Shown here piece by piece: positions 14,535 to 30,417 of a DNA stretch of 64,000 bases. Source of the stretch: Eledone cirrhosa (Eukaryota); NCBI GenBank assembly GCA_964016885.1, contig OZ024757.1, positions 16,430,001 through 16,494,000 of the forward strand, written 5' to 3'. Within the stretch, counting starts at the first letter, position 1, and every line of letters begins with the position of its first letter. Position numbers and translations under genes: made by a program. The notes under the pieces are model-generated. The model was not told the origin of the DNA and made no database searches. It was given only the letters and a program-made list of their open reading frames with translations.

Positions 14535-14721
14535 TTGGGCGGTGGATTGGCAGTATCAGTAGAGGGTCGGACGCCATGCTTTCCAGCATAGTTACGTCCC
14601 TTTACGATCTGAGTTTAAATCCCGCCGAGGTTGACTTTGCCTTTCATCCCTACGGGGTCGATAAAATAAAGTACCAGTAATGCAGTGAGTAATTGCTGGC
14701 CTTGTGCCTAAAGTAGAAACA
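14535..14721 (+). mobile_element. Full-length S1 SINE with 19-bp TSD
   Basis: TSD ATTATATTATACTTGTGGA at 14516-14534 and 14722-14740. Confidence 0.92.
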
Positions 14722-14917
14722 ATTATATTATACTTGTGGAGCGTCATGTTGTCATAACATTGCCAGAAATATATAACATGCTATATAATATAATATGATC
14801 TTCCCTAAATATATCAATATTTGTTTCAACACACGATTTCATATTAAAAAACTTGCAAAACGAATATATATATATATATGTGTGTGTGTATGTAATTTAT
14901 ATATATATATATATATA

Positions 14918-15360
14918 TGCAAAAGTTATATTTAATTTGTTGGGATTCAACAAGCTTAAAAGTTATATAACTGATATAAAGCACTCAACAGTTTACTGGA
15001 GTAACTATTCTCATAAATAGAAATTATATTTATACTCATAAATAGAAATTATATTTATAAAACCATAATTATTTTATTATATATATTTGAAGAGCAACCA
15101 AGGCAGTTTTGGTGCGCTTTCGTCAGATAAAATACAAGATTTGTTTTATAAATATTGACATACCCGTAGAAAACAACCTTGACGGTTGAAGGTTCGCTGG
15201 ATATATATATATATTTATTAAAATAACAGATATATATATATCTGTTATGTATATATATATATAAATAAATATTTGCTCTACGGTTCTTATATATTTGATA
15301 TATATTTATCCTTATCGAGCCCTCTTTGGATTTTAGTCTTCAAATTTATTATTATTACTA
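14918..15360. mobile_element. P3 arm (14918-15200, degenerate hammerhead) plus deleted P2 fold-back (15212-15360)
   Basis: Homology to 8065-8300 and 7781-8052. Confidence 0.7.
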
Positions 15361-15388
15361 TATATAAATATATATATATATATATAAG

Positions 15389-15477
<89 letters not shown>

Positions 15478-15564
15478 GTATATATCTATATATATAGACA
15501 GAGAGGGAGAAACAGAGAGATGTAAAATCCGGACGTCGGCCCCAAGCGGTCAGGATTTTATATA

Positions 15565-15677
<113 letters not shown>

Positions 15678-15724
15678 ATATGTATATGTATATAGATATA
15701 TATATATATCTACATATATATATG

Positions 15725-15814
<90 letters not shown>

Positions 15815-15989
15815 ATGTATATATATGTATATGTATGTATATGTATATGTATCTGTATATATATATATGTATATCGCAAACATTTATTCCAAGATGGCGG
15901 CCTACGGGGAAGATTGATTAATGGCGTTCATTTATCCTTGATCTCCCCTTTTTATTCTCTGGAAAAAAATGTTTGTTCCATAAATATAA

Positions 15990-16025
<36 letters not shown>

Positions 16026-16133
16026 GATTTGGGGCCTGTATGGATAACTGTGTATGACTGTATGAGTATGTGGGTTTCTGTGTATGTGTGTGTATGGATT
16101 TGTGTGTATGTCTGTTTGAGTATGTAGATTTGT

Positions 16134-16172
<39 letters not shown>

Positions 16173-16469
16173 TGGATTTGTATGTCTATATGGATTTGTG
16201 TGTATGTCTGTGTCAGTATGTGGGTTTGTGTGTGTGTGAGTATGTGTGTGTGTTTGTGTGTCTGTTTGTCTGTGTGTCTGTGTGTATATATATATGTACC
16301 TCTACCTCTCTGTGTGTGTATGTATGTATGCATGTGAATTTGCGGGTTTGTGTGTGTATGAATGTTTACCTCTGTGTGTGTGTGTGTGTGTATATGTATG
16401 CATGTGTATCTGATGGTTCGTGCGTTTGTATATATGTATGCCTGTGTGCATGAGTGTGTCTGCCTGTGT

Positions 16470-18645
16470 GTATGTGCCTATGTGTGTGTGCCTATGTGTG
16501 TGTGCCTATGTGTGTGTGCCTATGTGTTTGTGCCTATTCGTTTGTGCCTATGTGTGTGTGCCTATGTGTGTCTGCCTGTGTGTGCGCCTATGTGTGTGTG
16601 CCTATGTGTGTGTGCCTATGTGTTTGTGCCTATTTGTTTCTGTCTATGTGTGTGTGCCTATGTGTGTGTGCCTATGTGTGTGTGCCTATGTGTGAGTGCC
16701 TATGTGTGTGTGCCTATGTGTGTGTACCTATGTGTGTGTGCCTATGTGTTTGTGCCTATTTGTTTGTACCTATGTGTGTGTGTCTATGAATGTGTGCCTA
16801 TGTGTGTGTGCCTATGTGTGTGTGTGTCTATGTGTGTGTGCCTATGTGTTTGTGCCTATGTGTGTGTACCTATGTGTGTGTACCTATGTGTTTGTGCCTA
16901 TGTGTGTATGCCTATGTGTGTATACCTATGAGTGTGTACCTATGTGTGTGTGCCTATGTGTGTGTGTGTGTGCCTATGTGTGTGTGCCTATGTGTGTGTG
17001 CCTATGTGTGTATACCTATGAGTGTGTACCTATGTGTGTGTGTCTATGTGTGTGTGCCTATGTGTGTGTGCCTATGTGTGTGTGCCTATGTGTGTGTACC
17101 TATGAGTGTGTACCTATGTGCGCGTGCCTATGTGTGTGTGCCTATGTGTGTGTGCCTATGTGTATGTGCCTATGTGTGTGTGCCTATGTGTGTGTACCTA
17201 TGTGTGTGTGCCTATGTGTATGTGCCTATGTGTGTGTGCCTATGTGTGTGTGCCTATGTGTTTGTGCCTATGTGTGTGTGCCTATGTGTGTGTGCCTATG
17301 TGTTTGTACCTATGTGTTTGTGCTTATGTGTGTGTGCCTATGTGTGTGTGCCTATGTGTGTGTACCTATGTGTGTCTATGTGTGTGTGCCTATGTGTGTG
17401 TGCCTATGTGTGTGTGTCTATGTGTGTGTGTCTATGTGTGTGTGCCTATGTGTGTATACCTATGTGTGTGTACCTATGTGTGTGTGCCTATGTGTGTGTG
17501 CCTGTGTTTGTGCCTATGTGTGTGTACCTATGTGTGTGTGCCTATGTGTTTGTACCTATGTGTGTGTGCCTATGTGTGTGTGCCTATGTGTGTGTGCCTA
17601 TGTGTGTGTGCCTATGTGTGTGTACCTATGTATGTGTACCTATGTGTTTGTGCCTATGTGTGTGTGCCTATGTGTGTGTACCTATGTGTGTGTGTCTATG
17701 TGTGTGTGCCTATATGTGTGTGCCTATGTGTGTGTACCTATGTGTGTGTGTCTATGTGTGTGTGCCTATGTGTGTGTGTGCCTATGTGTGTGTACCTATG
17801 TGTGTGTGTGCCTATGTGTGTGTGCCTATGTGTGTGTGCCTATGTATGTGTACCTATGTATGTGTACCTATGTGTGTGTGCCTATGTGTGTGTGCCTATG
17901 TGTGTGTACCTATGTGTGTGTGCCTATGTGTTTGTGCCTATGTGTGTGTGTGCCTATGTGTGTGTACCTATGTGTGTGTGTTTATGTGTGTGTGCCGATG
18001 TGTGTGTACCTATGTGTGTGTACCTATCTGTTTGTGCCTATGTGTTTGTGCCTATGTGTGTGTGCCTATGTGTGTGTGCCTATGTGTGTGTGCCTATGTG
18101 TTTGTGACTATGTTTTTGTTCCTAAGTGTGTGTGCCTATGTATGTGTACCTATGTGTGTGTGCCTATGTGTGTGTGCCTATGTGTTTGTGCCTAAATGTG
18201 TGTACCTATGTGTGTGTGCCTATGTGTGTGTGCCTATGTGTGTGTGCCTATGTGTGTGTGCTTATGTGTGTGTGCCTATGTGTTTGTGCCTATGTGTGTG
18301 TACCTATGTTTGTGCCTATGTGTTTGTGCCTATGTGTGTGTGCCTATGTGTGTGCGCCTATGTGTGTGCGCCTATGTGTGTGTGTATATGTGTGTGTGCC
18401 TATGTGTTTGTGCCTATGTGTGTGTGCCTATGTGTGTGTGCCTATGTATTTGTACCTATGTGTTTGTGCCTATGTGTTTGTGCCTATGTGTGTGTGCCTA
18501 AGTGTGTGTGCCTATGTGTGTGTACCTATATGTTTGTACCTATGTGTGTGTGCCTATGTGTTTGTGCCTATGTGTGTGTGCCTATGTGTGTGTGTGTGCC
18601 AATGTGTGTACCTGTGTGTGTCTGCCTATGTCTCTGTGTGTGTGT
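16470..18645. repeat. 14-bp minisatellite (CCTATGTGTGTGTG)n, ~2.1 kb
   Basis: Seen directly; source of the long Cys/Val ORFs. Confidence 0.95.
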
Positions 18646-18994
18646 TTCTATATATTCCCACGGCTCACGCAGAATCTCCATCGATATGAAACGCAGTATT
18701 TCTAACCTGTCAACTTGCCATCAAACATCCGGCTGTGATTTATAAACCATCAGCACAACTTTACAACAGACAAAATATAACAAAATTACAGTGATCTTCG
18801 CCCATTTCCCCAGTCCTCTTTCCTTTGTTGTTGTTGTTGTTGTTGTTGTCGTCGTCGCTGCTGTTCCCTCTTCTTCGCCTTCTTCGCCTTCTCTCCTTCT
18901 CCTTCTTCGTCTTCGTCTTTTTCTTCGTCTACTTCTTCATTTCCTTCCTCCCCTCATCAGCCTTCTTCTTTTTCTATAGTAGAAACCATTATTA

Positions 18995-19180
18995 TTGTCA
19001 TGCAGCACAGAGTTATGGCTCTTTACGTTCTGAGTTCAACTCCCGCCGAGGTTAACTTTGCCTTTCATCCTTACGGCGTCGATAAAATAAAGTACCAGTC
19101 ACGCACTGAGGTCGATTTAATCGACTTCCTCCCCCCTCCCTCAAAATTACTGGGCTTGTATAAGAAACCATTCTTATTAT
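18995..19180 (+). mobile_element. S1-related SINE, 5'-truncated
   Basis: B-box and S1 core. Confidence 0.8.
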
Positions 19181-19594
19181 TCATTGTTGTTGGTGGTGGT
19201 GATGGTGGTGGCATTGGATTGGCAACATCGGTAGAGAGTCGGACAGTGAACCAGTGAACCCTCAGAGGCCACTGGTTCACTGCCGTTAAACACGCTGTGA
19301 CTTCTCTCTCCCAGTCACTTTAAAATTCTCTCAGTGTTGTCTGAAATGTATAGCCTTACACACGCTGACGAACCGGGTTTATTTCATTTCTGTCAACAAC
19401 TTACTCGCGAAACAGATCTCTTTGGATTTGTAGGTGTGCTATATAGTTATAGAGGTATTTATTTACGCTATAATTTATATTTTTAATTATCGTGTCTCTA
19501 CTCTGCCTTTCATAGGTTATAGATTCCATACACTGGTGGTTTTTCCCTGTTTTATTGATAGCGCACTGTATCTATCTCTAATGTGTTACCTTTT

Positions 19595-19670
<76 letters not shown>

Positions 19671-19679
<9 letters not shown>

Positions 19680-19883
19680 GAATAGCTTTCAACGTATATT
19701 GTTGACTGGATAAATGGTAAAAGATGAGTATTGACGTACGCCAATACTCATCTTTTTCCATTTATCTGACGGTTTTAAACCCCATTATCAGGCTAAAATT
19801 TCTTTAGTCAAAAAATACGGTGAAAGCTATTCTATTTTCTAATTTCAAACCTGCTCACTGTTTCAAAACATACTTACTTGTCA
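19671..19883. mobile_element. Fold-back insertion with tail in (TA)n
   Basis: TAGAAAATAGAATAGCTTTCA / TGAAAGCTATTCTATTTTCTA outer arms, inner hairpin at ~19735, tail ~19842-19883. Confidence 0.65.
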
Positions 19884-19917
19884 TATATATATATATATAT
19901 ATTTATGTATAAATATA

Positions 19918-20012
<95 letters not shown>

Positions 20013-20062
20013 ATAAGTATATATATATATATATATTTATATATATTTATATAAATATATAT

Positions 20063-20094
<32 letters not shown>

Positions 20095-20205
20095 TTATAT
20101 ATATTTATATAAATATATATATATATATATATAAATATATATATATATTTATATATATATATGTATGTATATATATGTATATATATATATATATGTATAT
20201 ATATG

Positions 20206-20236
<31 letters not shown>

Positions 20237-20298
20237 GTATATGTGTGTATATATATATGTATATATATATGTATATATATATACATATATATATATAC

Positions 20299-20395
<97 letters not shown>

Positions 20396-20659
20396 TGTAT
20401 ATATATATATATGAGCGGTGTGATAGTTTGTAATTTGCCATTCACATTGGTTTTCAAACAAACAGTGCTAGAGAACTAAAGAAAACGAAGAAAAGATGAT
20501 GGAGAAATCTAAAGGATTCATTGGTTATTGTAGTTTGTGAAGCTCCAAATTGATTGGAATTGCTGATGTCTAAACTACGGCTGTCTTGTTTCAGCGTATC
20601 TAAGATTTAATTTAATACCTCTTTCTGTGGCGGCCATTGTTACCGTTGGTTTTCTTTTC

Positions 20660-21872
20660 GGTGTTGTTGTTGCTGTCATTGTCGTTGCTGTTGTTGTTGA
20701 TGATGATGATGTTGTTGTTGTTGTGGTGATTGTTGTTGTTGTTGTTTTTGTTGATGGTGTTGTTGGTGTTTTTTGTTGTTGTTGCTGTCCATTGTCGTTG
20801 ATGGTGTTGCTGTTGTTGTTGTTGATGATGATGTTGTTGTTGTTGTGGTGGTGGTGATTGTTGTTGTTGTTGATGATGATGTTGTTGTTGGTGTTTTTTT
20901 GTTGTTGCTGTCCATTGTTGTTGATGGTGTTGTTGTTGTTGTTGATGATGATGATGTTGTTGTTGTGGTGGTGGTGGTGGTGGTGGTGGTGATTGTTGTT
21001 GTCGTTGTTTTTGTTGATGGTGTTGTTGGTGTTTTTTGTTGTTGTTGCTGTCCATTGTCGTTGATGGTGTTGTTGTTGTTGATGATGTTGTTGTTGTTGT
21101 TGTTGTGGTGGTGGTGGTGTTGTTGGTGTTTTTTGTTGTTGTTGCTGTCATTGTCGTTGAAGGTGTTGTTGTTGTTGTTGATGATGATGATGTTGTTGTT
21201 GTTGTTGTGGTGGTGGTGGTGATTGTTGTTGTTGTTGTTTTTGTTGATGGTGTTGTTGGTGTTTGTTGTTGTTGTTGCTGTCCATTGTCGTTGATGGTGT
21301 TGCTGTTGTTGTTGATGATGATGATGATGTTGTTGTTGTTGTAGTGGTGGTGGTGATTGTTGTTGTTGTTGTTTTTGTTGATGGTGTTGTTGGTGTTTGT
21401 TGTTGTTGTTGCTGTCCATTGTCGTTGATGGTGTTGCTGTTGTTGTTGATGATGATGATGTTGTTGTTGTTGTTGTGGTGGTGGTGATTGTTGTTGTTGT
21501 TGTTTTTGTTGATGGTGTTGTTGGTGTTTTTTGTTGTTGTTGCTGTCATTGTCGTTGATGGTGTTGCTGTTGTTGTTGTTGATGGTAATGATGTTTTTGT
21601 TGTTGCTGCTGTCATTGGCGTTGATGGCTTTGTTGTTGTTGTTGTTGATGGTGTTGTTGCTGTTGTTGTTGTTGTTCTCGTTGATGGTGTTGCTATTGTT
21701 GTTGTTGTTCTTGTTGTTGTAGTAGCTGTTGTTATTGTTGTTATAGTTGCTGTTGTTGTCGCTGTGGTCGTCTTTGATCCTGTCTTTGATGTCGTTGTCA
21801 TCGTCGTCTTCGTTATCCTTGTTGTTATCGTTGTTATTATTATTATTGTTGTTGTTGTTGTTGTTGTTGTTA
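20660..21872. repeat. Compound (GTT/GAT/GGT)n repeat with higher-order ~120-130 bp units
   Basis: Recurring GCTGTCCATTGTCGTTGATGGTG landmark. Confidence 0.9.
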
Positions 21873-22254
21873 CTATCTCTGTCTGTTACTCATTCCTAGA
21901 ATACAATTTCCATTCCATTATTCCGATCACCACAACTTGCCGAAGTAGAATCCAAAAACAAAAGTAAAAGCAAAAAGGAAAACGAGACGAAAACGAAACG
22001 AAATTGCTGTTGATTTTCGTAAATATTCGATCGGCGGCTTTAATATAAAATAACCAATAATTTAGTGAATATTCACGAATGTTATTGTTAGATAGCAATG
22101 TGACAACGCCCCTCCTAAGCCTTCCTAACCCTTCCCCCGCTCCTCCTGATCTCTCCACCCCACCCCCTTTGTTTTCCTCTTCCACCTATATGATCTGATC
22201 ACGTTGAATATTTAAAGGACAAAGTCGAAATATACAGGTGTTGGTGTACTTGAA

Positions 22255-24070
22255 TACCTGACCTGTTAGTTAGCAATGTCCCCACCACTCCCGCCAATTC
22301 AGACACTACCCCCACAAACCAGCACGCCCCCACCAGCACTACTTCACTGCCTCTATCATCCTATTCCATTCACGACCTTCGCCTACACAACACCCCATAA
22401 CTTCCCTACTTTCATACGACCCCATTGAGCTTTAAGAACAAAGCCGAGAGATACAAGCGCTGTGTACTTTAAATAATTGTTTCTACTTTTGGCACAAGAC
22501 CAGCAATTATCCCAGTGTATTACTGGTACTACTTTATTTTATCGACCCCTTAAGGATGAGAGGCAAAGTTAACCTCGGTAGGATTTGAACTCAGAACTTT
22601 AAATAATGATTTCTAATATAGGCACAAGGTTAGCAATTTTGGGGGCGGAGAAAGTCGAGGAAATTGACCCCAGTGTGTTACTGGTACTTTATTTTATCGT
22701 TCTCGTAAGGAGGAAAGGCAATGTTAACCTCGACGGGATTTGAACTCATAACGTAAAGGGCCGTAACTCTATACTTCGAAGCATCTTTTTCATCGCTCTA
22801 GTGATGTTGCCAATCCATCCCCCTCGTACTTTATATAATTGTTTCTACTTTAGGCACAAGGCCAGCAAATTATCCAGTGTATTATTGGTACTTTATTTTA
22901 TCGACCCCGTATGGATGAAAGGCAAAGTTAACCCCGGCGGATTTGAACTCAGAATAGCAAGGGCCGTAACTCTATGCGTCAAAGCATGGCGTCCGACTCT
23001 CTACCAATACTGCCAATCCATCGTACTTTATATAATTGTTTCTACTTTAGGCACAAGGCCAGCAATTACCCAGTGCATTACTGGTACTTTATTTTATCGA
23101 CTCCGTAAGGATGAAAGGGCAAAGTCAACCTCGGCGGGATTTGAACTCAGATCGTAAAGGGACGTAACTATGCTGGAAAGCTTGGTGTCTTACCCTCTAC
23201 CGATACTGCCAATCCACCGCCCTTATCGTACTTTATATAATACCTGTTAGTTAGAAAATTCCTGTCCCCACCTCCACCAACTTCCCCCCCTACTAAACCT
23301 CCCTCTCCCCACTACATCCACTATCTCCTCCATAACTGCTCACCCCTCCACACCCACCCTTTCTTCTATACTACCACATTGAATTAAAAGAAGTGTACTA
23401 TATATAATTTTTTCTACTTTAGGCACAAAGCCAGCAATTACCTCAGTGCATTACTGGTACTTTATTTTATCGACCTCGTAAGGATGAAAGGCAAAGTTAA
23501 CCTCAGTGGGATTTGAACTGAGACCGTAAAGGACCGTATCTCTATGCTGCAAACCATGGCGCCCGACCCTCTAGCGATGCTACCAATTTAGTTAGCAATG
23601 TCCTGTCCCCGCCTCTATCGATCTCCTCCTAACAAGTCCACTCTACCCACTACACCCATTACACCCACTACCCCCACTATCCCCTCCTCTACCATTTCTC
23701 ACCTCGCTTCTACACCCACCCCTCTATACGATCATATTGAATTAAAAGAAGAAAGTCGAAAGGCACAAACGCAGTGTGCTATATATAACTGTTTCTACAT
23801 TTGGCACTAAGGCCAGTAAGTACCCAGTGCATTACTGGTACTTTATTTTATCGACCCCTCAAGGAAAAAGGTAATCTCAGCGAGATTTTACCACAGAAAC
23901 TGCCCCCTAGCAAGCCCCCTGCCCCCCCCCCCCCCACTACCCTCACTTTCTCCTCCGCCACAACTACTCACCTCACCTCGCCTCCACACCCAGCCTATCT
24001 TCTACACGATCACATTGAATTAAAAGAACAAAGTCGAAAGATACAAACGCAACGTGCTTTATATAATACC
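22255..24070 (-). mobile_element. Cluster of six S1-type SINEs interleaved with four copies of a C-rich spacer
   Basis: SINEs at ~22472, 22605, 22836, 23034, 23405, 23785; spacer ends ATTGAATTAAAAGAA...; TSD-like TCGTACTTTATATAAT occurs three times. Confidence 0.85.
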
Positions 24071-24381
24071 TGCTTTCGTTGTTAACAGAATGCTATTATT
24101 TACTGGTCAATATCGGATGAGTTAATCCGCCATTGCGATGCTAACTCACGTACTACGCTTTTCCGCTACCTGTCTCTTCAACATTCCTATTCCAATTCCG
24201 TACATTCTTATATGCTTATATTCTCTTGTATTCTTCTATTCTGCTTTGTGTCCTCTCGATCTCGATTCTATATCTTTTTACTCTCGTCTTTCACTCACTA
24301 CACCACCAATGTATATATATATATATATGTATGTATGTAGATATATGTATGTATGTATGTATATATATGTATGTATGTATG

Positions 24382-24474
<93 letters not shown>

Positions 24475-24679
24475 TACGTATATATATATATTCGGATGTA
24501 GGTATATGTATATGTACGTATGTAGATATATTTATATATATATATATATATACATGTGTATATATATATATACATGTATATATATATACGCATGTATATA
24601 TATATATATATATAAATATATATATATACGTACATATACATATACCTACATCCGAATATATATATATACGTATCTCTCA

Positions 24680-24837
<158 letters not shown>

Positions 24838-24876
24838 GCATATATATATATATATATATACATACATGCATATAAA

Positions 24877-24914
<38 letters not shown>

Positions 24915-25013
24915 CATGCATATATATATATACATATACATATATATATATACACATACATATATATATACATGTATATATATACATGCGTATATATATA
25001 TACATGTATATAT

Positions 25014-25069
<56 letters not shown>

Positions 25070-25342
25070 GTGTATGTGTATGTGCATATATATCTATGTA
25101 TATGTATATATATATACATGTGTATATATATATACATGTATATATATACATGAATATATATATACATGTATATATATAGATATATATATACGTGTATGTG
25201 TATGTGCATATATATCTATGTATATGTATATATATATACATGTGTATATATATATACATGTATATATATACATGAATATATATATACATGTATATATATA
25301 GATATATATATACGTGTATGTATATGTGCATATATATCTATA

Positions 25343-25437
<95 letters not shown>

Positions 25438-25513
25438 ATATATATAGATAAAGATATATATACGTGTATGTATATGTGCATATATATCTATATATGTATA
25501 TACATATATATAC

Positions 25514-25589
<76 letters not shown>

Positions 25590-26019
25590 ATATATATATA
25601 TATATATATGCGCATATGTATATGTACATGTATATATGTGTGTGTATTCTCAACTCTTCCAGGATTATCTGAGCCTCCATTTCGCTTACCGCCTCCCAGC
25701 CATATTTCGCGCAGATTACGTTCGTGGTATGGCATCTATTGTGTATGGTAAATAGCGATGCACTAACTAGCGAAAACAAACGTCTAGGCGGAAATAAAAC
25801 AAGAATATAGGAATATAGGAATATCGGAGCATGTAAATGAAAGCTGCATTGCCAAACACATGACACCTCTTTTACTCTATTTGCTTGATATTCCTCGTCA
25901 TTGTTTATGTAAAAGATTAGATTGCTAGCGTATTCCCACGTAATCATTCGGCCATTTTGTGAGATGTTATTTTCTTTGTAACCAGATAGCGTCTATGAGA
26001 AACATGTGTTTAAACCTAT

Positions 26020-26560
26020 TCCAACCACCAACGCCATCATCACTACCATCACCATCACATGCACCACCACCATCACCACCTTCATGACCACCTAAACCAC
26101 CACCATCATCATAACCACCAACGTCACCATCATATTCACCGCCATCACCGCCATCGTAACCACCACCGCCATCATAAGCACCAACATCATAACCACCACC
26201 ATCATAACCACCAACATCAAAACCACTACCATCATAACCTCCACCATGATAACCACCAAAATCATAATCACCATCATAACCATCACCATCATCTTAATCA
26301 CCACCAGAACCACCACCACCATCCCTTCACCATTAGCACCACCATCACCGCCATTAACACCACCACCACCATTAAGACATTCTCCATCATTACCACCATT
26401 ACCATCATCACCACCATCACCACCATCACCACCACTGTCGTCATCATCACCACCATCATCACCACCATCATCACCATCACCACCACCATCATCACCATCA
26501 CCACCACCATCATCACCATCACCACCACCATCACCACCATCACCACCAACCCTTCACCAT
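26020..26560. repeat. (CAC/CAT)n repeat
   Basis: Seen directly. Confidence 0.9.
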
Positions 26561-26699
26561 TAACGATTATATGGATATCGATTAAGAAGACAGAAGAATT
26601 CAATTGTGTAAGTAGATACGCCTATAGTCGATATAATCATCCCCACCATTGTTTATTAAATTTATTGATTTTCATTAGTTTCAATTTATCGATCTATAT

Positions 26700-27280
26700 A
26701 TGACGATCAGTGGATTTTCTACTGCCTGTTGAATCTTAACAAGGACCTTAGACAGACCGTACTTTACTGGAAATATGTGTAGTACTCCACAGGGCAGTGT
26801 TTTATAGATGAGTACTTTGGGATTAGAGTTCTGTTTACTTAAGATAACCTCTCATTTTAATGGTATTGAACTCACTATTATCTCCTTGCTCTATAGAACT
26901 CGGGAGTGGAAGTTCCACTGACCGTATTGCCCGCCTGGTTGAGGGCAGTGAGTGCCTGGCAACATTCAAGATGCCAAGTACCTAGTCTCGGTCTCTTCTT
27001 GACCCAGGACTGCAGCTCAGTCAGAGAAAGATGAGCTGAGGAAAAGCCTGTTTGACAAAGGGTGACCACATCTGTTCACCGTTTAGGCAGAATACCTGGA
27101 GATGCCGCAGCCTCAGTGCATGTTTGCGCATCATTAACCACGAGATGCCCAGCCCTCCACATAAAGGGTGCTGGCAGCATATGGACCGCTTCACAACGGA
27201 ACCTGTCCCCTGCACAAGAAGTTGAAGAGGAGCCGTTCCAATTTGGCGAAACGTGAACGGGGGCAAGGCACGGGGTTGAT
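26700..27280 (-). mobile_element. Possible internally deleted RTE derivative
   Basis: GC-balanced block; minus frame reads RPRLGTWHLE, resembling the RLGTWN start of an APE endonuclease; ends ...GTCATATA like other RTE derivatives here. Confidence 0.3.
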
Positions 27281-27931
27281 GAAAAAAAAAGTACCAGTCA
27301 CGCACTGGGGTTAATTTAATCGACTTCCGTCTCAAGCAACAGTATGCAGCTGTGGCGAGCCACATATATTCTAGCCATTAGCAAAAGCAAAATGAATGCT
27401 CTACCTTTGATGAAGGATGACTCAAGAAGAAGAATTAGATATGTAGTGTATGTGAGGTTATAGATATAATTTGAAACATCTTCAGAATGTTTTGAACCGG
27501 TATCCTTTAAAGATGGCGGTGTCATATCTTATCCATGTGTTCATCTTTCGTCTTGGTTTACAAAATAAAATGATGTAAAATTGCTGAGTGAGACATTTAA
27601 ACTTTACTGTCTTGCAGTTGGTCTCATCAATATTGCTGTTACATTTGCAGCAGATAACACAGTCAGCACCTCGTCTGTTAATTAGTTCAATAGGAAATCA
27701 AATAGAATTTAAATAGAGTTAGTCATAATCTGATGGGAGAGTTAGAACTAACGCATTTAATGTGGCAAGAACGATAACTTTGCTTTTACCTTATTTACAT
27801 CATTGAAACGATTAGAGACATAAACACTAAGGAATTTACAAAAATTCACATTTACACTTATTTAAACAACTATCTACGAAAGAATATACATACATTAATA
27901 TACACACTGATATATACAACTAGCAAAGAAA

Positions 27932-28081
<150 letters not shown>

Positions 28082-28141
28082 ATATGTATGTATTTATATG
28101 TATGTATATATATGTATGTATTTATATGTATATATATGTAT

Positions 28142-28197
<56 letters not shown>

Positions 28198-28336
28198 TCG
28201 TGTGTGATTATATATATATAGATATATGTATGTATGTATGTATATGTATTTATATGTATGTATGTATGTATGTATATGTATTTATATATATATATGTATG
28301 TATATGTATTTATACGTATTTATATGTATGTATATG

Positions 28337-28393
<57 letters not shown>

Positions 28394-28538
28394 TTATATG
28401 TATGTATGTATATGTATTTATATGTATGTATGTATATGTATGTATATGTATTTATATGTATGTATATGTATATGTATTTATATATGTATGTATGTATATG
28501 TATTCATATATATATATGTATATATATATGTATGTATT

Positions 28539-28651
<113 letters not shown>

Positions 28652-28961
28652 ATGTATGTATATTGTTATATTTGGGGATGGTCATGTTGCCAGTATATAT
28701 ATATGCATAAATTCACATATAAACTGATATAGACAGCAAGCAACGAGAAAATATTTGATATATTTACACACAAGAAATATACATGTATTTATATATATAT
28801 ATATGTGTGTGTGTGTGTATGTGTGTGTGTGTCAGTTTGTCTGTCTGTCTACATGTGTTTATGTGTAACTATATGTGTGTGGCTGCAAAAAGTCAACGAG
28901 AAAAAAATAAAGTATGAGAATAGTAAACTGAAATGGTGACTATTAGTTTAATAGGAGCAAA

Positions 28962-29000
28962 AGAGTTTAAACGTTTCGGACTGCAGTTCTTCATCAGAAA
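28962..29000 (-). ncRNA. Hammerhead-like motif
   Basis: Minus strand: TTT-CTGATGA-agaactgcagtcc-GAAA-CG-TT|TAAA. Confidence 0.45.
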
Positions 29001-29201
29001 TTAGAATGGGAGATAGAAGAAGAAATAGAAAGATAGACAATGAATCTTACAAGAACTACATTATGTATGCTCGTGTGTCTGCAGAATGCTTAGACACATA
29101 CACTTTAATATCATGAGTAGACAGTTCCGTTGTTCAAATAGCTGGAACTCTCGTCACAGGAACCGATGGAAGTACAACTCACATATATACACACACATAC
29201 A

Positions 29202-29301
<100 letters not shown>

Positions 29302-29704
29302 TTATACAGAGAGATAGATAGAGAGAAAGATACTACTTAAGCACACACATATATAGAGAGAGCGAGATACATATATACATACATACATTTATACAGACAT
29401 ATACATACATACATACATACATACATACATACATACATACATACATACATACATACATACATACATACATTTAATATGTAAATATATGGATGCATGTGCA
29501 TATGTAAGTATGAATATTATTTTATGTAGTGTGTTTGTATATATGCATATATATATATATATATATAATATATATATATATATATAATGTGTGTGTGTGC
29601 TGGGTATTGAAATTGGAAATATAATCATATTATATATCCAATTTCCTTTTTTAATCTATAAAAAATTGCAGTTTTACGCTCTTACTGGTATCTCCATCTA
29701 ACCC

Positions 29705-29832
<128 letters not shown>

Positions 29833-29838
29833 GGTATG

Positions 29839-29893
<55 letters not shown>

Positions 29894-29981
29894 ATCTATG
29901 CATGCATTTATGTATATACATTATATATATATATATATGTGTGTGTGTGTATATGTGTATATACAGGTATGTATATATATA

Positions 29982-30045
<64 letters not shown>

Positions 30046-30138
30046 CGTATGTGTGTATGTATCTATGTATGTATGTATATACATATATATATATATGTGT
30101 GTGTATGTATCTATGCATGCATTTATGTATATACATTG

Positions 30139-30169
<31 letters not shown>

Positions 30170-30204
30170 ATATATGTGTATATACAGGTATGTATATATA
30201 TATA

Positions 30205-30267
<63 letters not shown>

Positions 30268-30351
30268 ATGTATCTATGTATGTATGTATATACATATATA
30301 TATATATGTGTGTGTGTGTATGTATCTATGCATGCATGTATGTATATACAT

Positions 30352-30417
<66 letters not shown>

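Noticed and set aside
14535-14640. tRNA genes at SINE heads
   Set aside because: A/B boxes are present but there is no cloverleaf, and they continue into SINE bodies with TSDs.
16362-18745. Long Cys/Val-rich ORFs (up to 651 aa)
   Set aside because: Translation of a 14-bp minisatellite that is stop-poor in several frames.
20612-21967. PolyQ/polyT/polyV proteins
   Set aside because: Trinucleotide repeat field with no splice or domain evidence; the same applies to 26059-26703, 30823-31267 and 47900-48535.
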